From Candidatus Bipolaricaulota bacterium (lineage in GTDB: Bacteria; Bipolaricaulota; Bipolaricaulia; UBA7950; UBA9294): a stretch of DNA of 64,000 bases. Of the stretch, positions 1-9,241 are shown one piece after another (positions within the stretch are counted from its first letter, which is position 1; the number at the start of each line of letters is the position of its first letter). The notes beneath the pieces were generated by a model, which made no database searches, was not told the DNA's origin, and worked only from the letters and a program-made list of their open reading frames with translations. The DNA is taken from assembly GCA_040752575.1 (NCBI GenBank), contig JBFMGK010000043.1:1-64000 (forward strand). The letters are read 5' to 3'. A program made the position numbers and the translations under genes.

Positions 1-196
1 TCTCGGCGATGTAGGCCGGCCACTCGGCGGGATCTTTGGTCGCCGCGCGGCGACCCGAGGAAGAGGATCTCGCAACCCGCGTGGCCGTTCGGCTTCAGAG
101 CGCGAAGGCTCTCGAGAGCCACCTCGTGGCCAGGGGACCCGAGCTCGCTTCGGACATCTTCTTCGTGTTCCCCGTCTGCGTCTACAACGCGGCAAG
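1..196 (-). pseudogene. Decayed flavodoxin-like gene (runs off the window start)
   Basis: Minus strand reads LAAL*TQTGNTKKMSEA (flavodoxin Y-S-x-T-G-N-T motif with an in-frame TAG), then in another frame GHEVALESL...CEILFLGSP. Confidence 0.45.
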
Positions 197-432
197 GGAC
201 CGCAACGAGCCTCCGCCCGCCCGCCGGAGATGCGGGCCGGCGGCTCCATCGCACCGCGCGGCACCCGGTCTGGCCGACGCTCCACGGCATGTCGAACCCT
301 CGCTCGTCGCGTCCGACCGCACGAACATGCATTACAATGCGCTCCTTGACCGCCGACCCGACGGCGTGGTTGACGGCCGGCTGCTTCGGTAGGCGGTCCG
401 GAACGTGAGTCGGAGCCCTGCCATGACGGCTC

Positions 433-1494
433 GTGGAGGACGATGAAGTGAAGCCCTACGATAAACTCACACAGCGCGGCCGCATTCTCAGGTTGCGCCA
501 AGCGGTCCGGAAAGCTCTTGAGGCCTACGGGCTTGAGGATGCGTCGTTGCGATTCAACCACGACACGGGAAACGCGTCCTTCCGCGCTGCTGTGCCGGAG
601 CGGTTGCGCCATGGTCGCCAGGGGGACGTCTTTGTCGACGGGGAGTACATCCTCCGACTGAACCAACCCGGCTATCAGAGCACGGCGCTCATCGCGTCGG
701 AACTCATGTGGCTCGAAGCCCTGCGCAGCGAAGCGGATCTGCCAGTCCCCGAGCCGGTGCGAGCTCTGGATGGGAACCTCGTCCTGGAGATCGAAGTTCC
801 CGGAAGTTCAGGCACGCGGCAGTGTTCGCTCCTCCGTTGGGTGCGAGGACGAATGCAGGAGGCGGGCATCGGCACGCCGCACCTTCGCGCGACCGGCCAC
901 GTCATGGCGCGCATGCACGTCCAAGCCTCGGGATGGACGCCTCCTTCCGAATTCACCCGCTGGCGCTATGACTGGGAGGGCCTGTTCGGGGATGCGAACC
1001 CGACCGGCGTACGCGCTGCGGTCGCGCACCAACACATCACGCCTCAGGTCAGGCCTGCGTACGACGCGGCGGTTGACAGGCTGAGAGACGTCATGGCGGA
1101 ACTGGGAACAGGACGGTCGGCGTTCGGTCTCGTCCACGCTGACATCGCATTCGGCGACAACATCCTCTTCTGGCGCGGCGAGGCGCGGCCGATTGACTTC
1201 GGGGACTGCGCCTTCGCGCACTGGATGTACGACATTGGCGTCGCGCTCTCTCACGTGCGCCAGAGGAGCGACTGGCCTGCGCTGCGTCAGGCGTTCATCG
1301 AGGGCTACCAAGAGGTGCGCGACCTTCCGTCGGACCAGGCGAAACACCTCGACCTGTTCATTGCAGCATGGCACGCCTACGAGATCCTGTGGGCGGCAGC
1401 GATGGTCGAGCGGTATCCGCAGAACCGCGAAGGGAACATCGCATGGATGACGGAGGCGGGTAGGAATCTGCGGAATGCCCTTGACCGTCGATAG
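433..1494 (+). CDS. Aminoglycoside phosphotransferase / homoserine kinase type II-like kinase
   Basis: 353 aa; ELMWLEAL...LPVPEPV, HADIAFGDNIL (HxD..N) and IDFGDC motifs. Confidence 0.85.
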   Translation: MEDDEVKPYDKLTQRGRILRLRQAVRKALEAYGLEDASLRFNHDTGNASFRAAVPERLRHGRQGDVFVDGEYILRLNQPGYQSTALIASELMWLEALRSEADLPVPEPVRALDGNLVLEIEVPGSSGTRQCSLLRWVRGRMQEAGIGTPHLRATGHVMARMHVQASGWTPPSEFTRWRYDWEGLFGDANPTGVRAAVAHQHITPQVRPAYDAAVDRLRDVMAELGTGRSAFGLVHADIAFGDNILFWRGEARPIDFGDCAFAHWMYDIGVALSHVRQRSDWPALRQAFIEGYQEVRDLPSDQAKHLDLFIAAWHAYEILWAAAMVERYPQNREGNIAWMTEAGRNLRNALDRR

Positions 1495-1518
1495 CACCCG
1501 GCGCTTCGCGATGGCGAA

Positions 1519-1716
1519 GGGGCAAGATCTTGCTTCTTGACATCTACCCAGCTCTCGTGCCCCCTACGGCACCGCACGCCTGCCTTGAGCACCGCTGCGC
1601 GACAGGAGATCGCCGACCACCTCGGCGTCCCCTACTCAAAGATCAGTCGACGACTTCGAGCTTCCCGCGTCTCGCGGACACACAACACAGTGCCTGATTG
1701 CAGGACTTGACCCGAC
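1519..1716 (+). mobile_element. Miniature RAYT-like relic bracketed by inverted family-B repeats
   Basis: GGGGCAAGATCTTGCTTCTTGACAT at 1519 and inverted TGCCTGATTGCAGGACTTGACCC at about 1691-1713; the interior encodes QEIADHLGVPYSKISRRLR...PDCRT* (HTH-like C-terminus). Confidence 0.55.
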
Positions 1717-1814
1717 CCCAAAGAATCCACCGCAGTGGCTCGTCGACGCGACGCACAGACGTCGGATCCGCGTGATCGGCCTGCCACCTTGGAGTGGGAC
1801 GCCGAGGTCTTGCC

Positions 1815-1856
1815 TTGACTGCAGGTTCGCGTTTGTATATTCTAGGTTTTATATTC
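1815..1856 (+). promoter_or_regulatory. Sigma70-type promoter of the PadR operon with AT-rich putative operator
   Basis: TTGACT(1815-1820)-17 bp-TATTCT(1838-1843); TATATT repeated across the -10 region. Confidence 0.55.
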
Positions 1857-1870
1857 ACGCTGGAGGCAAG

Positions 1871-2455
1871 ATGTCAACGAGGCTTGTGATTCTGGGGCTC
1901 CTTCGCCAGGGTCCTCTGCACGGATACGAGATCAAGCAGACGATCGAGGAACACATGGGCGACTGGACCTCGATCGCCTTCGGGTCGATCTACTACGCCC
2001 TTCAGAAGCTCGCAGAGGAAGGTGCGATCGAGGTCATTGCCACGGAACGAAGCGGCGGTCGTCCGTCTCGTACCGTATACGCCGTCACGCCCGCCGGAGA
2101 GGCGGAGTTCGCGCGCCTCCTGCGCGAGGCCTGGCTGATCGTCGAGCGTCCCTCGTACGCGGTAGACCTGGCGCTCTTCTTCATCGATGCGATGCCTCGG
2201 CGGGAGGTCGAGGAGTCGCTGGAACGCCGCGCCGCGAATCTTGAGCAGACCCAGACCTGGGTCGACCAGCACCGTGCCGAGACACTGGAGAGCCATCACG
2301 TGCCGCCCCAGGCCCGCGCCATCTTCGACCACACGATGAAGCACCTCGCCACAGAGCGGTCGTGGACCGACGAACTGCTCGCAGCCGTCAAGAAGGGGGA
2401 GATTCGCCCCGGAGCCACCGGGAGAGAGCCTCGACCCGCGAAGGAGAGACCGTGA
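1871..2455 (+). CDS. PadR-family transcriptional regulator
   Basis: MSTRLVILGLL..GPLHGYEIKQ..GSIYYAL..RTVYAVT; GGAGG RBS. Confidence 0.92.
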   Translation: MSTRLVILGLLRQGPLHGYEIKQTIEEHMGDWTSIAFGSIYYALQKLAEEGAIEVIATERSGGRPSRTVYAVTPAGEAEFARLLREAWLIVERPSYAVDLALFFIDAMPRREVEESLERRAANLEQTQTWVDQHRAETLESHHVPPQARAIFDHTMKHLATERSWTDELLAAVKKGEIRPGATGREPRPAKERP

Positions 2456-3150
2456 TCCGAGAGAGAGTGATCGAGACCGTCGAAGGGATCCAGGGTGCGT
2501 TCGACGCCGAGGCCTATGACCGCTGGATGAAGTCGATGCGAAAGCGCGGCTGGATCGAGACGCGCGCAATCCTGGCCGCAGGCATCGTCTCGGGACATGC
2601 TCTCGAGATAAGTCCAGGTCCGGGATATCTCGGCCTCGACTGGCTGTCGAAGACGCAGGGAACGACACTCACCGGCCTCGACCTGAGCGAGGAGATGCTG
2701 AAGCGGTGCCGTGGCAACGCCGCGGCAGAAGGGTTGGCCGCGCGCGCTTCGTACGTCCATGGGGATGCGTGTTCGATGCCATTCGGCGACGGAACCTTCG
2801 ACGCCGTCTTCGCGAATGGCGGGCTCCACGAGTGGGCCGATCCGGTGGCCGTTTTCGATGAGGTTGGGCGCGTGCTTCGCCCCGGCGGAGCGTTCTGCGT
2901 CACCGATCTGCGGCGAGACATGAACGCTGCCTTGAGGGTGCTCTTGCGGACGATGACCGGTTCGCGATCGATGCGTGCCGGGTTCGACTCCTCGGTGCGC
3001 GCAGCCTACGTCCCCGAGGAGGTGCGCACAATCCTCGCCCGGTCGCGCCTTTCAGGGGCGCGCGTCGATGCCAATGCTATTGGCATCGAGATCATCGGCG
3101 CAATGCCCCTGAGGGTCGGCGAGCTCGTCGTCGGCATGGAGTCCTCGTGA
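2452..3150 (+). CDS. Class I SAM-dependent methyltransferase
   Basis: LEISPGPG, GLDLSEEML, GDACSMPF, LRPGG; GTGA overlap with PadR stop. Confidence 0.88.
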   Translation: MIRERVIETVEGIQGAFDAEAYDRWMKSMRKRGWIETRAILAAGIVSGHALEISPGPGYLGLDWLSKTQGTTLTGLDLSEEMLKRCRGNAAAEGLAARASYVHGDACSMPFGDGTFDAVFANGGLHEWADPVAVFDEVGRVLRPGGAFCVTDLRRDMNAALRVLLRTMTGSRSMRAGFDSSVRAAYVPEEVRTILARSRLSGARVDANAIGIEIIGAMPLRVGELVVGMESS

Positions 3151-3716
3151 ACTTCGAAAGCCCCCCGTTCCTCTTCGTTCTCGTTGACGGGCTTCTGGCC
3201 CCTCGCCTCCTGCGAGGCTTCTACCGCCGCTACGCGGACTCCATCGGCCTGCGCGGCGAAGAGGTCGTCCTGGACTTCGGCTGCGGTTCCGGTGGCATCG
3301 CCGAACACCTCGCGCCGCGCCTGCCGCGCGGTACGCTGACGTGCGTCGACATCTCTCCCCCCATGCTGGCCATCGCCGCCCGCAGGCTGAGAAGGCGCGC
3401 AAACGTCCGCTGCGTCCTTGGCCGGATCGAGACCCTCTCCCTCCCCGCGGACTCGTATGATGTCGTGGTGATTCACAACGCACTCCATGACGTTCCCGAA
3501 TCGGAGCGCACGTTCACGATCTCGGCGCTCGCGCGCCTGCTGCGGCCGGGAGGAAGACTCGAGTTGCGTGAGCCCACGGATCCGCGGCACGGAGTCTCTG
3601 TGGACGGCTGGCGAACCCTCATGAAGTCGGCCGGCCTCCGTGAAACGCACAGCCGAGAAGGCCGCACCTTCCCGATCGGTCCAACGTTTGAGGCCACCTT
3701 CATGAAAGACCTGTAG
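3147..3716 (+). CDS. Class I SAM-dependent methyltransferase
   Basis: VLDFGCGSG, VDISPPML, LRPGGRL; GTGA coupling. Confidence 0.88.
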   Translation: MNFESPPFLFVLVDGLLAPRLLRGFYRRYADSIGLRGEEVVLDFGCGSGGIAEHLAPRLPRGTLTCVDISPPMLAIAARRLRRRANVRCVLGRIETLSLPADSYDVVVIHNALHDVPESERTFTISALARLLRPGGRLELREPTDPRHGVSVDGWRTLMKSAGLRETHSREGRTFPIGPTFEATFMKDL

Positions 3717-4057
3717 GCGGTGTGGTCGACTCGGGGGCCATAGATTCGACGTCGAACGCAGGGTCGGTGCGGCGGGCCCGAGAGGGCCACACCCAGCAAA
3801 CGTCTGCCCGTGGGCGCGGAGTGCGAGGCTCGATGATCCGTCAGTCGATCCACGCACGGCGTTCCCAACGACTCGGTCATGCGATGCGCAGTCGCTGAGT
3901 CTGTCATATCCCTCTGCGTCGCTTCTGCCCAGCAGCGGTCTTCCCGCGCGACGATGGCGAGACTCCCGTTCCTCAACCTTGGAGCCATCCAGGCTGGCAA
4001 CATCACTGAGACAAGGCGGGAAGGAGGGTCAAGACGAACGAGAACGACGAGAAGGCC

Positions 4058-4489
4058 GTGATCGAGCAGGTGATCCGCAACAACATCATGTGGGCCCTCA
4101 CGAAAGACGTCGAGATGCAGAAGGACACGATGGCCCACGATGAGGACCTCCTGATCATCTGGACCGGCTCGACGCACATCACGAGGGGATGGGCCGAGCA
4201 CGAGAAGTCGTTTGAGACCTGGCTCGACCCGCGATTTGAGGCCGTAAGGACGGAGGTCCGCGACGTGCGCATCCAGCTCTCGCGATCGGGCGACGTGGCG
4301 TGGTACTTCGCCGACCTCGACGACGTGGTCTCGTGGGAGGGCAAGGCGAGCCGATTCGGCGAAGGCCTCCGCTGGACGGGCGTTCTGGAAAGGCGGGACG
4401 GCCGTTGGGTCATCGTTCAGATGCACGCCTCGCTCCCTGCAGACAAGGTCCGCGACATCGTCATGAAGGACGTCAAGCCCAGCGCGTGA
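4058..4489 (+). CDS. NTF2/SnoaL-like fold protein (true start may be ACG at 4034)
   Basis: GDVAWY...RWTGVLERRDGRWVIVQMHAS typical of SnoaL_3-like proteins. Confidence 0.8.
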   Translation: MIEQVIRNNIMWALTKDVEMQKDTMAHDEDLLIIWTGSTHITRGWAEHEKSFETWLDPRFEAVRTEVRDVRIQLSRSGDVAWYFADLDDVVSWEGKASRFGEGLRWTGVLERRDGRWVIVQMHASLPADKVRDIVMKDVKPSA

Positions 4490-4609
4490 ACCGGCATTGG
4501 GCCGCCATCGCGGTCGTCCTCTCGGCAGAGCATGCGCGATGGCAGTTCCTGGACATGGTGCCGCAGGCCAGAGTTCGACCTCGACGACGTTCCTGCGTTA
4601 GGGAGCCGC

Positions 4610-5545
4610 ATGTCTTTGCAGTTGACGCACTACCGCGACGCATCGGACTACTGGCGCGCCCGCGCCTTCTTCCGCAGCCTGCCACGCCCGGAGGGAAAGG
4701 CTGGCGGGAACTGGCACGTCGCGCTGTTCGACTCCTGGCGCTGGCACTGGCTCGAGAACGTCGTCGAGCGACAGCCGGACGAACTCTGCATGTGGGAGGA
4801 TGAGACAGGAGAGATCGCCGCCGTCCTGAACCAGGGCGACCCCGGGGTCTGCCACGTCCACGTCCGCCCCGCCACTCGGGACGAGGCGTTGCTCGCGGAG
4901 ATGGTGGAGACCGCCGAGCGCGAGTACTCGACGCCGTCGCAGAGCGGCGGCCGCGTCGTCTGGGTCTGGTCGATGGAGGACGACGAGCAGCTCCTCCGCG
5001 TGCTGCGGAGCCGCGGCTACGAAACCTTCGTGAGCGAACACGCGGTCGAGCACTACGGACGACGCCCTCTCGATGCGCCGATTCGCGACGTCGCCGTGCC
5101 GGAGGGCTTCCACATCCGCTCGATGGGCGACGTGGACGAGCACGGCAGGCGAAGCCTGGCCTCTTGGCGCGCCTTCCACCCCGACGAGCCGGACACCGGT
5201 TGCGACATGACGGGCGCCTGGTACCGCAACGTCCAGCGAGCGCCGCTCTACCGACGCGACCTCGACGTCGTGGCCATCGCACCGAACGGCGACATCGCGT
5301 CGTTCGCCGTCTGCTACTTCGACGACGCGACCCGCGAGGGCGTGTTCGTCCTGGACGGGACGGCGGCGGCCTACCAGAGACTCGGTCTCGCCAAGGCCGT
5401 GATGACCGAGACCTTGCGCCGCCTGCAATGGCTGGGAGCGACGAACGCCTACGTCAACTGGTACGAACCGCCGGCCGGGGCGTTGTACGAGTCCGTCGGC
5501 CTGCGCGAAGAGGCGCGGGGTCGCGCCTGGATGAAGCGCCTCTGA
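4610..5545 (+). CDS. GNAT-family N-acetyltransferase
   Basis: YRRDLDVVAIAPNGDIASFA..., YQRLGLAKAVM, LYESVG. Confidence 0.85.
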   Translation: MSLQLTHYRDASDYWRARAFFRSLPRPEGKAGGNWHVALFDSWRWHWLENVVERQPDELCMWEDETGEIAAVLNQGDPGVCHVHVRPATRDEALLAEMVETAEREYSTPSQSGGRVVWVWSMEDDEQLLRVLRSRGYETFVSEHAVEHYGRRPLDAPIRDVAVPEGFHIRSMGDVDEHGRRSLASWRAFHPDEPDTGCDMTGAWYRNVQRAPLYRRDLDVVAIAPNGDIASFAVCYFDDATREGVFVLDGTAAAYQRLGLAKAVMTETLRRLQWLGATNAYVNWYEPPAGALYESVGLREEARGRAWMKRL

Positions 5546-5894
5546 GAAGCCTCACGCAGACGGCACGCATCTCGCGCCCCGTCGCGCCCGCAGCCCTGGG
5601 CACGACTCCACCCCATGGGAGCTCGCCGAGGTCTTCGCAAGGCACGACCCGAAGGATCGGTTCGCCGGTCAGCACCGTATGTCCGGTGCGTCCTCACGAC
5701 GCGACACGCGAAGACAGGTCACGACCCGGGACAGGCGCAAGTGTAGGCCGGCCGTCTCGTCGGGTCGGCCGAGCGTCGCGACGGGGTTCGTCGCTCGCCT
5801 CCAGCGCTGCAGCTTGCCCGAGCCGATCTGAGAGCCGTAGGATCGCGGTGTCCCCCCGCCATTCGCAGGGATGGCGGGGTGCGGAAGGAGAGTC

Positions 5895-7931
5895 ATGCGG
5901 ATCAGGTGCGTCGCGATATTGCAGGCTGTGCTTGCCGTGGGAGTCGCGGCTGTCGGAGCCTCCGGCGCATCCCCCATCTGGGAGAGCTTCACCTACGTCA
6001 ACAGCGCGCAGTCGCTGGCGCTCTGGCAGGATACCGCGTGGGTCGGCACGACGGGCGGTCTCGTCCAGTGGGATGTCTCAACGGGTACGCCGGAGATCCA
6101 CCTCGCGCCCGACGGGTTTCCCGACGGGTGCGTCACAGCCGTGGTGGTCGACACCGCGGGCCGCCCGTGGATCGGACTCGGCACGTGGGCCGGCGGACTC
6201 GCCGTCCTTGAGAACGGCGAGTGGACGAGCTGGGGCTCTGAGGACGGACTCGCATCCAACTGGGTGCTGTGCATCGCCATCGACTCGGTCGGTCGCAAGT
6301 GGATTGGAACGGTGCGCGGCATGACTGTGCTCGACGACGGCAGGACGCCGGCCGATCGCTCGGACGACCGCACGACGTCGTTCCGCTCGGCGGACGGTCT
6401 CGCCAACGAGACCGTAAGTGGCATCTGCCTCGATCCGCAGGGGAGAGCCTGGGTGGCGACGTCGGGCGGCCTGAGCGTGCTCGACGTAGGACACGACCCG
6501 TTGGACACGTCAGATGACGTGTGGACGAGCTTCAGGAAGGCGGACGGACTCCTCGCCGACGACTCGCAGTGCGTAGCGGTCGATGATGCTGGGCACATCT
6601 GGATCGGCGCCCGCGGCGGCGTCAGCGTGCTCGACTTCGGCGAAACGCCGACCGACCCAAGCGACGACCAGTGGACGACGTTCGTCGCCGAACTCGGATT
6701 CTCCTCAACCACCTACTGCTTCGGGATAGCGTTCCGCGATGGCACAGCCTACGTTGCGACCGGCAAAGGGCTTGTCCTGCTGGAGGGCGCCTCCACGCCG
6801 TTCGATCGGGGCGACGACAACGTCACGAATCTCGGCGTGGCAGACGGCTTGCTCGCGAGCCAAGCGTGCGCAGTCTCTCTCGATGATGAGGGCGTCGTGT
6901 GGTGCGCAACCTTGCAGGGTGGGTTGAGCCGCCTTGATGCGGGCGGGACCCCGTCAGACAAGACCGACGACACCTGGGTGAGCTACGCCGTCGAAGGTTG
7001 GCTGTTCGGCGCAGACGTTCGAGCTGTGAGGGCCGAGGCTGGCGTGACGTGGGCGGGCGCGTCGGCGCTCACTGCGACGGATGGCACGGAGTCCGTTCGT
7101 TTCGACGTGGGGATCCCGCTGGCTGTGGATCGCTCGGCGACCGGAACGCTCTGGGTGGCGACCACGGGCGGCATTACGGCGCTCGACGACGCGGGGACTC
7201 CGTTTGACAAGGCAGATGACGCCGTTACATTCTTCTCTTCGGATGACGGGTTGCCGTTGAGCTACGTCCGTGCCGTCTCCGTAGACGCGTCGGACCGGGT
7301 GTGGATTGCGACGCAGAAAGGCATCGGCGTCCTCGATCCTGCAGGAACGCCTCACGATAAGTCCGACGATCGATGGCTGCTGTTCACGAAGGCCGACGGG
7401 CTCGCAGGGGACAACACGAACGCCATCAAGATCGAAGGCGATCGCCGGGTCTGGGTCGTGCATGAGTCGAACTCGGTGAGCTGCCTCGACCACGCAGGAA
7501 CGCCCTTCAGCAAGGAGGACGACGCGTGGTTCGTGTTCGGCGAAGGCTCGCCGATCGGGCCGGCGTCCGGGTACTCCGTGATCGTGGATCGCGAGGGGCT
7601 GAAGTGGTTCGGCCTTTGCCCGGGCCTGTTTGCCTTCGACGACGGCGGAACGCTGGCCGACACGAGCGACGACCGTTGGCAGCGATACGACATCGGCGAC
7701 TGCAATCCCGGACTCGCTCTGGACGAACGGGGACGCATGTGGGTGGCGACGGGGTGGAGCGGCGTCGTCCTGCTCGACTTCGGCGGAACCCCGTTCGACA
7801 CGTCGGACGACGTCTTGGTTGAGTACCGCGTCGGGGACGGCCTCATCGACGACCGCGCACAGGCGATCTTCATCGACGGCGGCGTGGTGTGGATCGCGAC
7901 AGATGGCGGATTGAGCCGGCTTGTGCCGTAG
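5895..7931 (+). CDS. Secreted two-component-regulator-propeller (Reg_prop/PorZ-like) repeat protein
   Basis: Signal peptide; repeated DGLxxNxV..IAxDxxGRxWIGTxxGL blades with ten DxxxTPxDxxDD inserts. Confidence 0.8.
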   Translation: MRIRCVAILQAVLAVGVAAVGASGASPIWESFTYVNSAQSLALWQDTAWVGTTGGLVQWDVSTGTPEIHLAPDGFPDGCVTAVVVDTAGRPWIGLGTWAGGLAVLENGEWTSWGSEDGLASNWVLCIAIDSVGRKWIGTVRGMTVLDDGRTPADRSDDRTTSFRSADGLANETVSGICLDPQGRAWVATSGGLSVLDVGHDPLDTSDDVWTSFRKADGLLADDSQCVAVDDAGHIWIGARGGVSVLDFGETPTDPSDDQWTTFVAELGFSSTTYCFGIAFRDGTAYVATGKGLVLLEGASTPFDRGDDNVTNLGVADGLLASQACAVSLDDEGVVWCATLQGGLSRLDAGGTPSDKTDDTWVSYAVEGWLFGADVRAVRAEAGVTWAGASALTATDGTESVRFDVGIPLAVDRSATGTLWVATTGGITALDDAGTPFDKADDAVTFFSSDDGLPLSYVRAVSVDASDRVWIATQKGIGVLDPAGTPHDKSDDRWLLFTKADGLAGDNTNAIKIEGDRRVWVVHESNSVSCLDHAGTPFSKEDDAWFVFGEGSPIGPASGYSVIVDREGLKWFGLCPGLFAFDDGGTLADTSDDRWQRYDIGDCNPGLALDERGRMWVATGWSGVVLLDFGGTPFDTSDDVLVEYRVGDGLIDDRAQAIFIDGGVVWIATDGGLSRLVP

Positions 7932-7937
7932 TCAGGG

Positions 7938-7963
7938 GAATTCCGGGGACATAGTACTTATCT
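7938..7963 (+). repeat. Family-A dispersed repeat (GAATTCCGGGGACATAGTACTTA)
   Basis: Near-identical to copies at 29305, 29337, 51466 and inverted copies at 19302, 22241, 22291, 29381, 51799. Confidence 0.85.
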
Positions 7964-8008
7964 CGCGCCGCGGAGGTACCCGCACTGTCCCTGGCCGCCG
8001 CCATGCCC

Positions 8009-8124
8009 GACAGGAGATCGCCGACCTCCTCGGGGGGGGCATGCCTCGACCATCAGCCCCAAGTGCGCGCGCCATCGGCAAGCGTCGGGCTGGGAATGTG
8101 GTCCGCGATTTCGACATCTGACCG
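8009..8124 (+). pseudogene. RAYT-like C-terminal relic ending in a degenerate family-B repeat
   Basis: QEIADLLG...HASTIS... ending GATTTCGACATCTGACCG; shares CAGGAGATCGCCGACC with the 1519-1716 relic. Confidence 0.5.
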
Positions 8125-8142
8125 ACGAGGATGAGTGTCGGG

Positions 8143-9234
8143 TCAGAAACTGACCTGCCAGCCGAACGTCAGGCTCGCGATGCCGGAGGTCTTCAGCGTG
8201 ACGGTGAGCGAGGTCGTGCAGCCGGGAGTCGCCACTTCCTCGATCGAGAACTCCATAGCTCCGAGGCCGAACAACCCGTCTTCGCCGAAGAAGAACGCAA
8301 CACTCCTCTCGCCATCGCCGCAGCACCCGCTGACGTCCCAGACGAAGCCGAGGAGTGCCCAATACGGCTCCGCGACAAGCGAGATCGCGTTCGGGTCAAG
8401 CTCCCAGAGGCCCCGAACGCGCACGTCGCCGATCTCGCAGGCCAGCCCAACTCCGTAGAGGGCGATGCCGGAGAGCGTCGCGGTCGCCTGCTCCCAGGCG
8501 AGACCGGCATACAGCTCGAAGCACTCTGAATGCCCGAGGGATAGCGTTGGCGCGACGTGCAGCGTGCTTTCGCCAGCCGCGTACCTCACCTGCACCCCCA
8601 ACGTAACCCCGAACGGCATTCCACCGACGCTCGCCGCGGAAACCACGAAATCGGAGAAGCCCGTCGCAAGAAATGTGGCCGTCCCGACGCCTTCGGCGCA
8701 GGCGCAAGAGAAGGAGAAGCGCGTCTCAGCGTACGTGAGGGGAAACTGACAACTCTCTGTCTGAACCCGCCCGAACGCGTCGACGTTCAGCCCGATGGAG
8801 ACCTCCTCCAGAAGCGAAGCGCGGGGCAACTCGAGACGGATCGTCCCTCCAACGCCCTTGCCTTGACGCAGGAGGCCCAGGGCGAGGCAGAACGTCTCGA
8901 AGCCGAGCGTCACGTCCAGCGTCCCCTCTCTCCATTCGGCGGCCGTTGCGTCGAAACTTGCTGTCGCTCCGGTTTCGCAGGCCATACGGCCGACGTCGCG
9001 CGAAGCCCTCGCGCCGATCACGACCACGTCCAACCCGGCTTCGTCAAGATCAGCAGACGCCCAAGCAGAGCCTCCCTCCGTTCCGTAGGTCAAAGAGAGT
9101 GAGGCGTCGAGCGCAACAGCGAGGGGGTAGGTGCCACAGGTCAGCGTGCCGTCACAGTCAAAGGCGAGCGACCCGATGGCGCAAGTGCACGGCAGGCACA
9201 CGAGCGCTGGTAGAAGCCAGAGGGCACGTCTCAT
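8143..9234 (-). CDS. Putative outer-membrane beta-barrel protein
   Basis: Signal peptide, alternating beta-strand pattern, C-terminal LTFGWQVSF (BAM-type aromatic terminus). Confidence 0.6.
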   Translation of the reverse strand: MRRALWLLPALVCLPCTCAIGSLAFDCDGTLTCGTYPLAVALDASLSLTYGTEGGSAWASADLDEAGLDVVVIGARASRDVGRMACETGATASFDATAAEWREGTLDVTLGFETFCLALGLLRQGKGVGGTIRLELPRASLLEEVSIGLNVDAFGRVQTESCQFPLTYAETRFSFSCACAEGVGTATFLATGFSDFVVSAASVGGMPFGVTLGVQVRYAAGESTLHVAPTLSLGHSECFELYAGLAWEQATATLSGIALYGVGLACEIGDVRVRGLWELDPNAISLVAEPYWALLGFVWDVSGCCGDGERSVAFFFGEDGLFGLGAMEFSIEEVATPGCTTSLTVTLKTSGIASLTFGWQVSF

Positions 9235-9241
9235 GCCAGCC

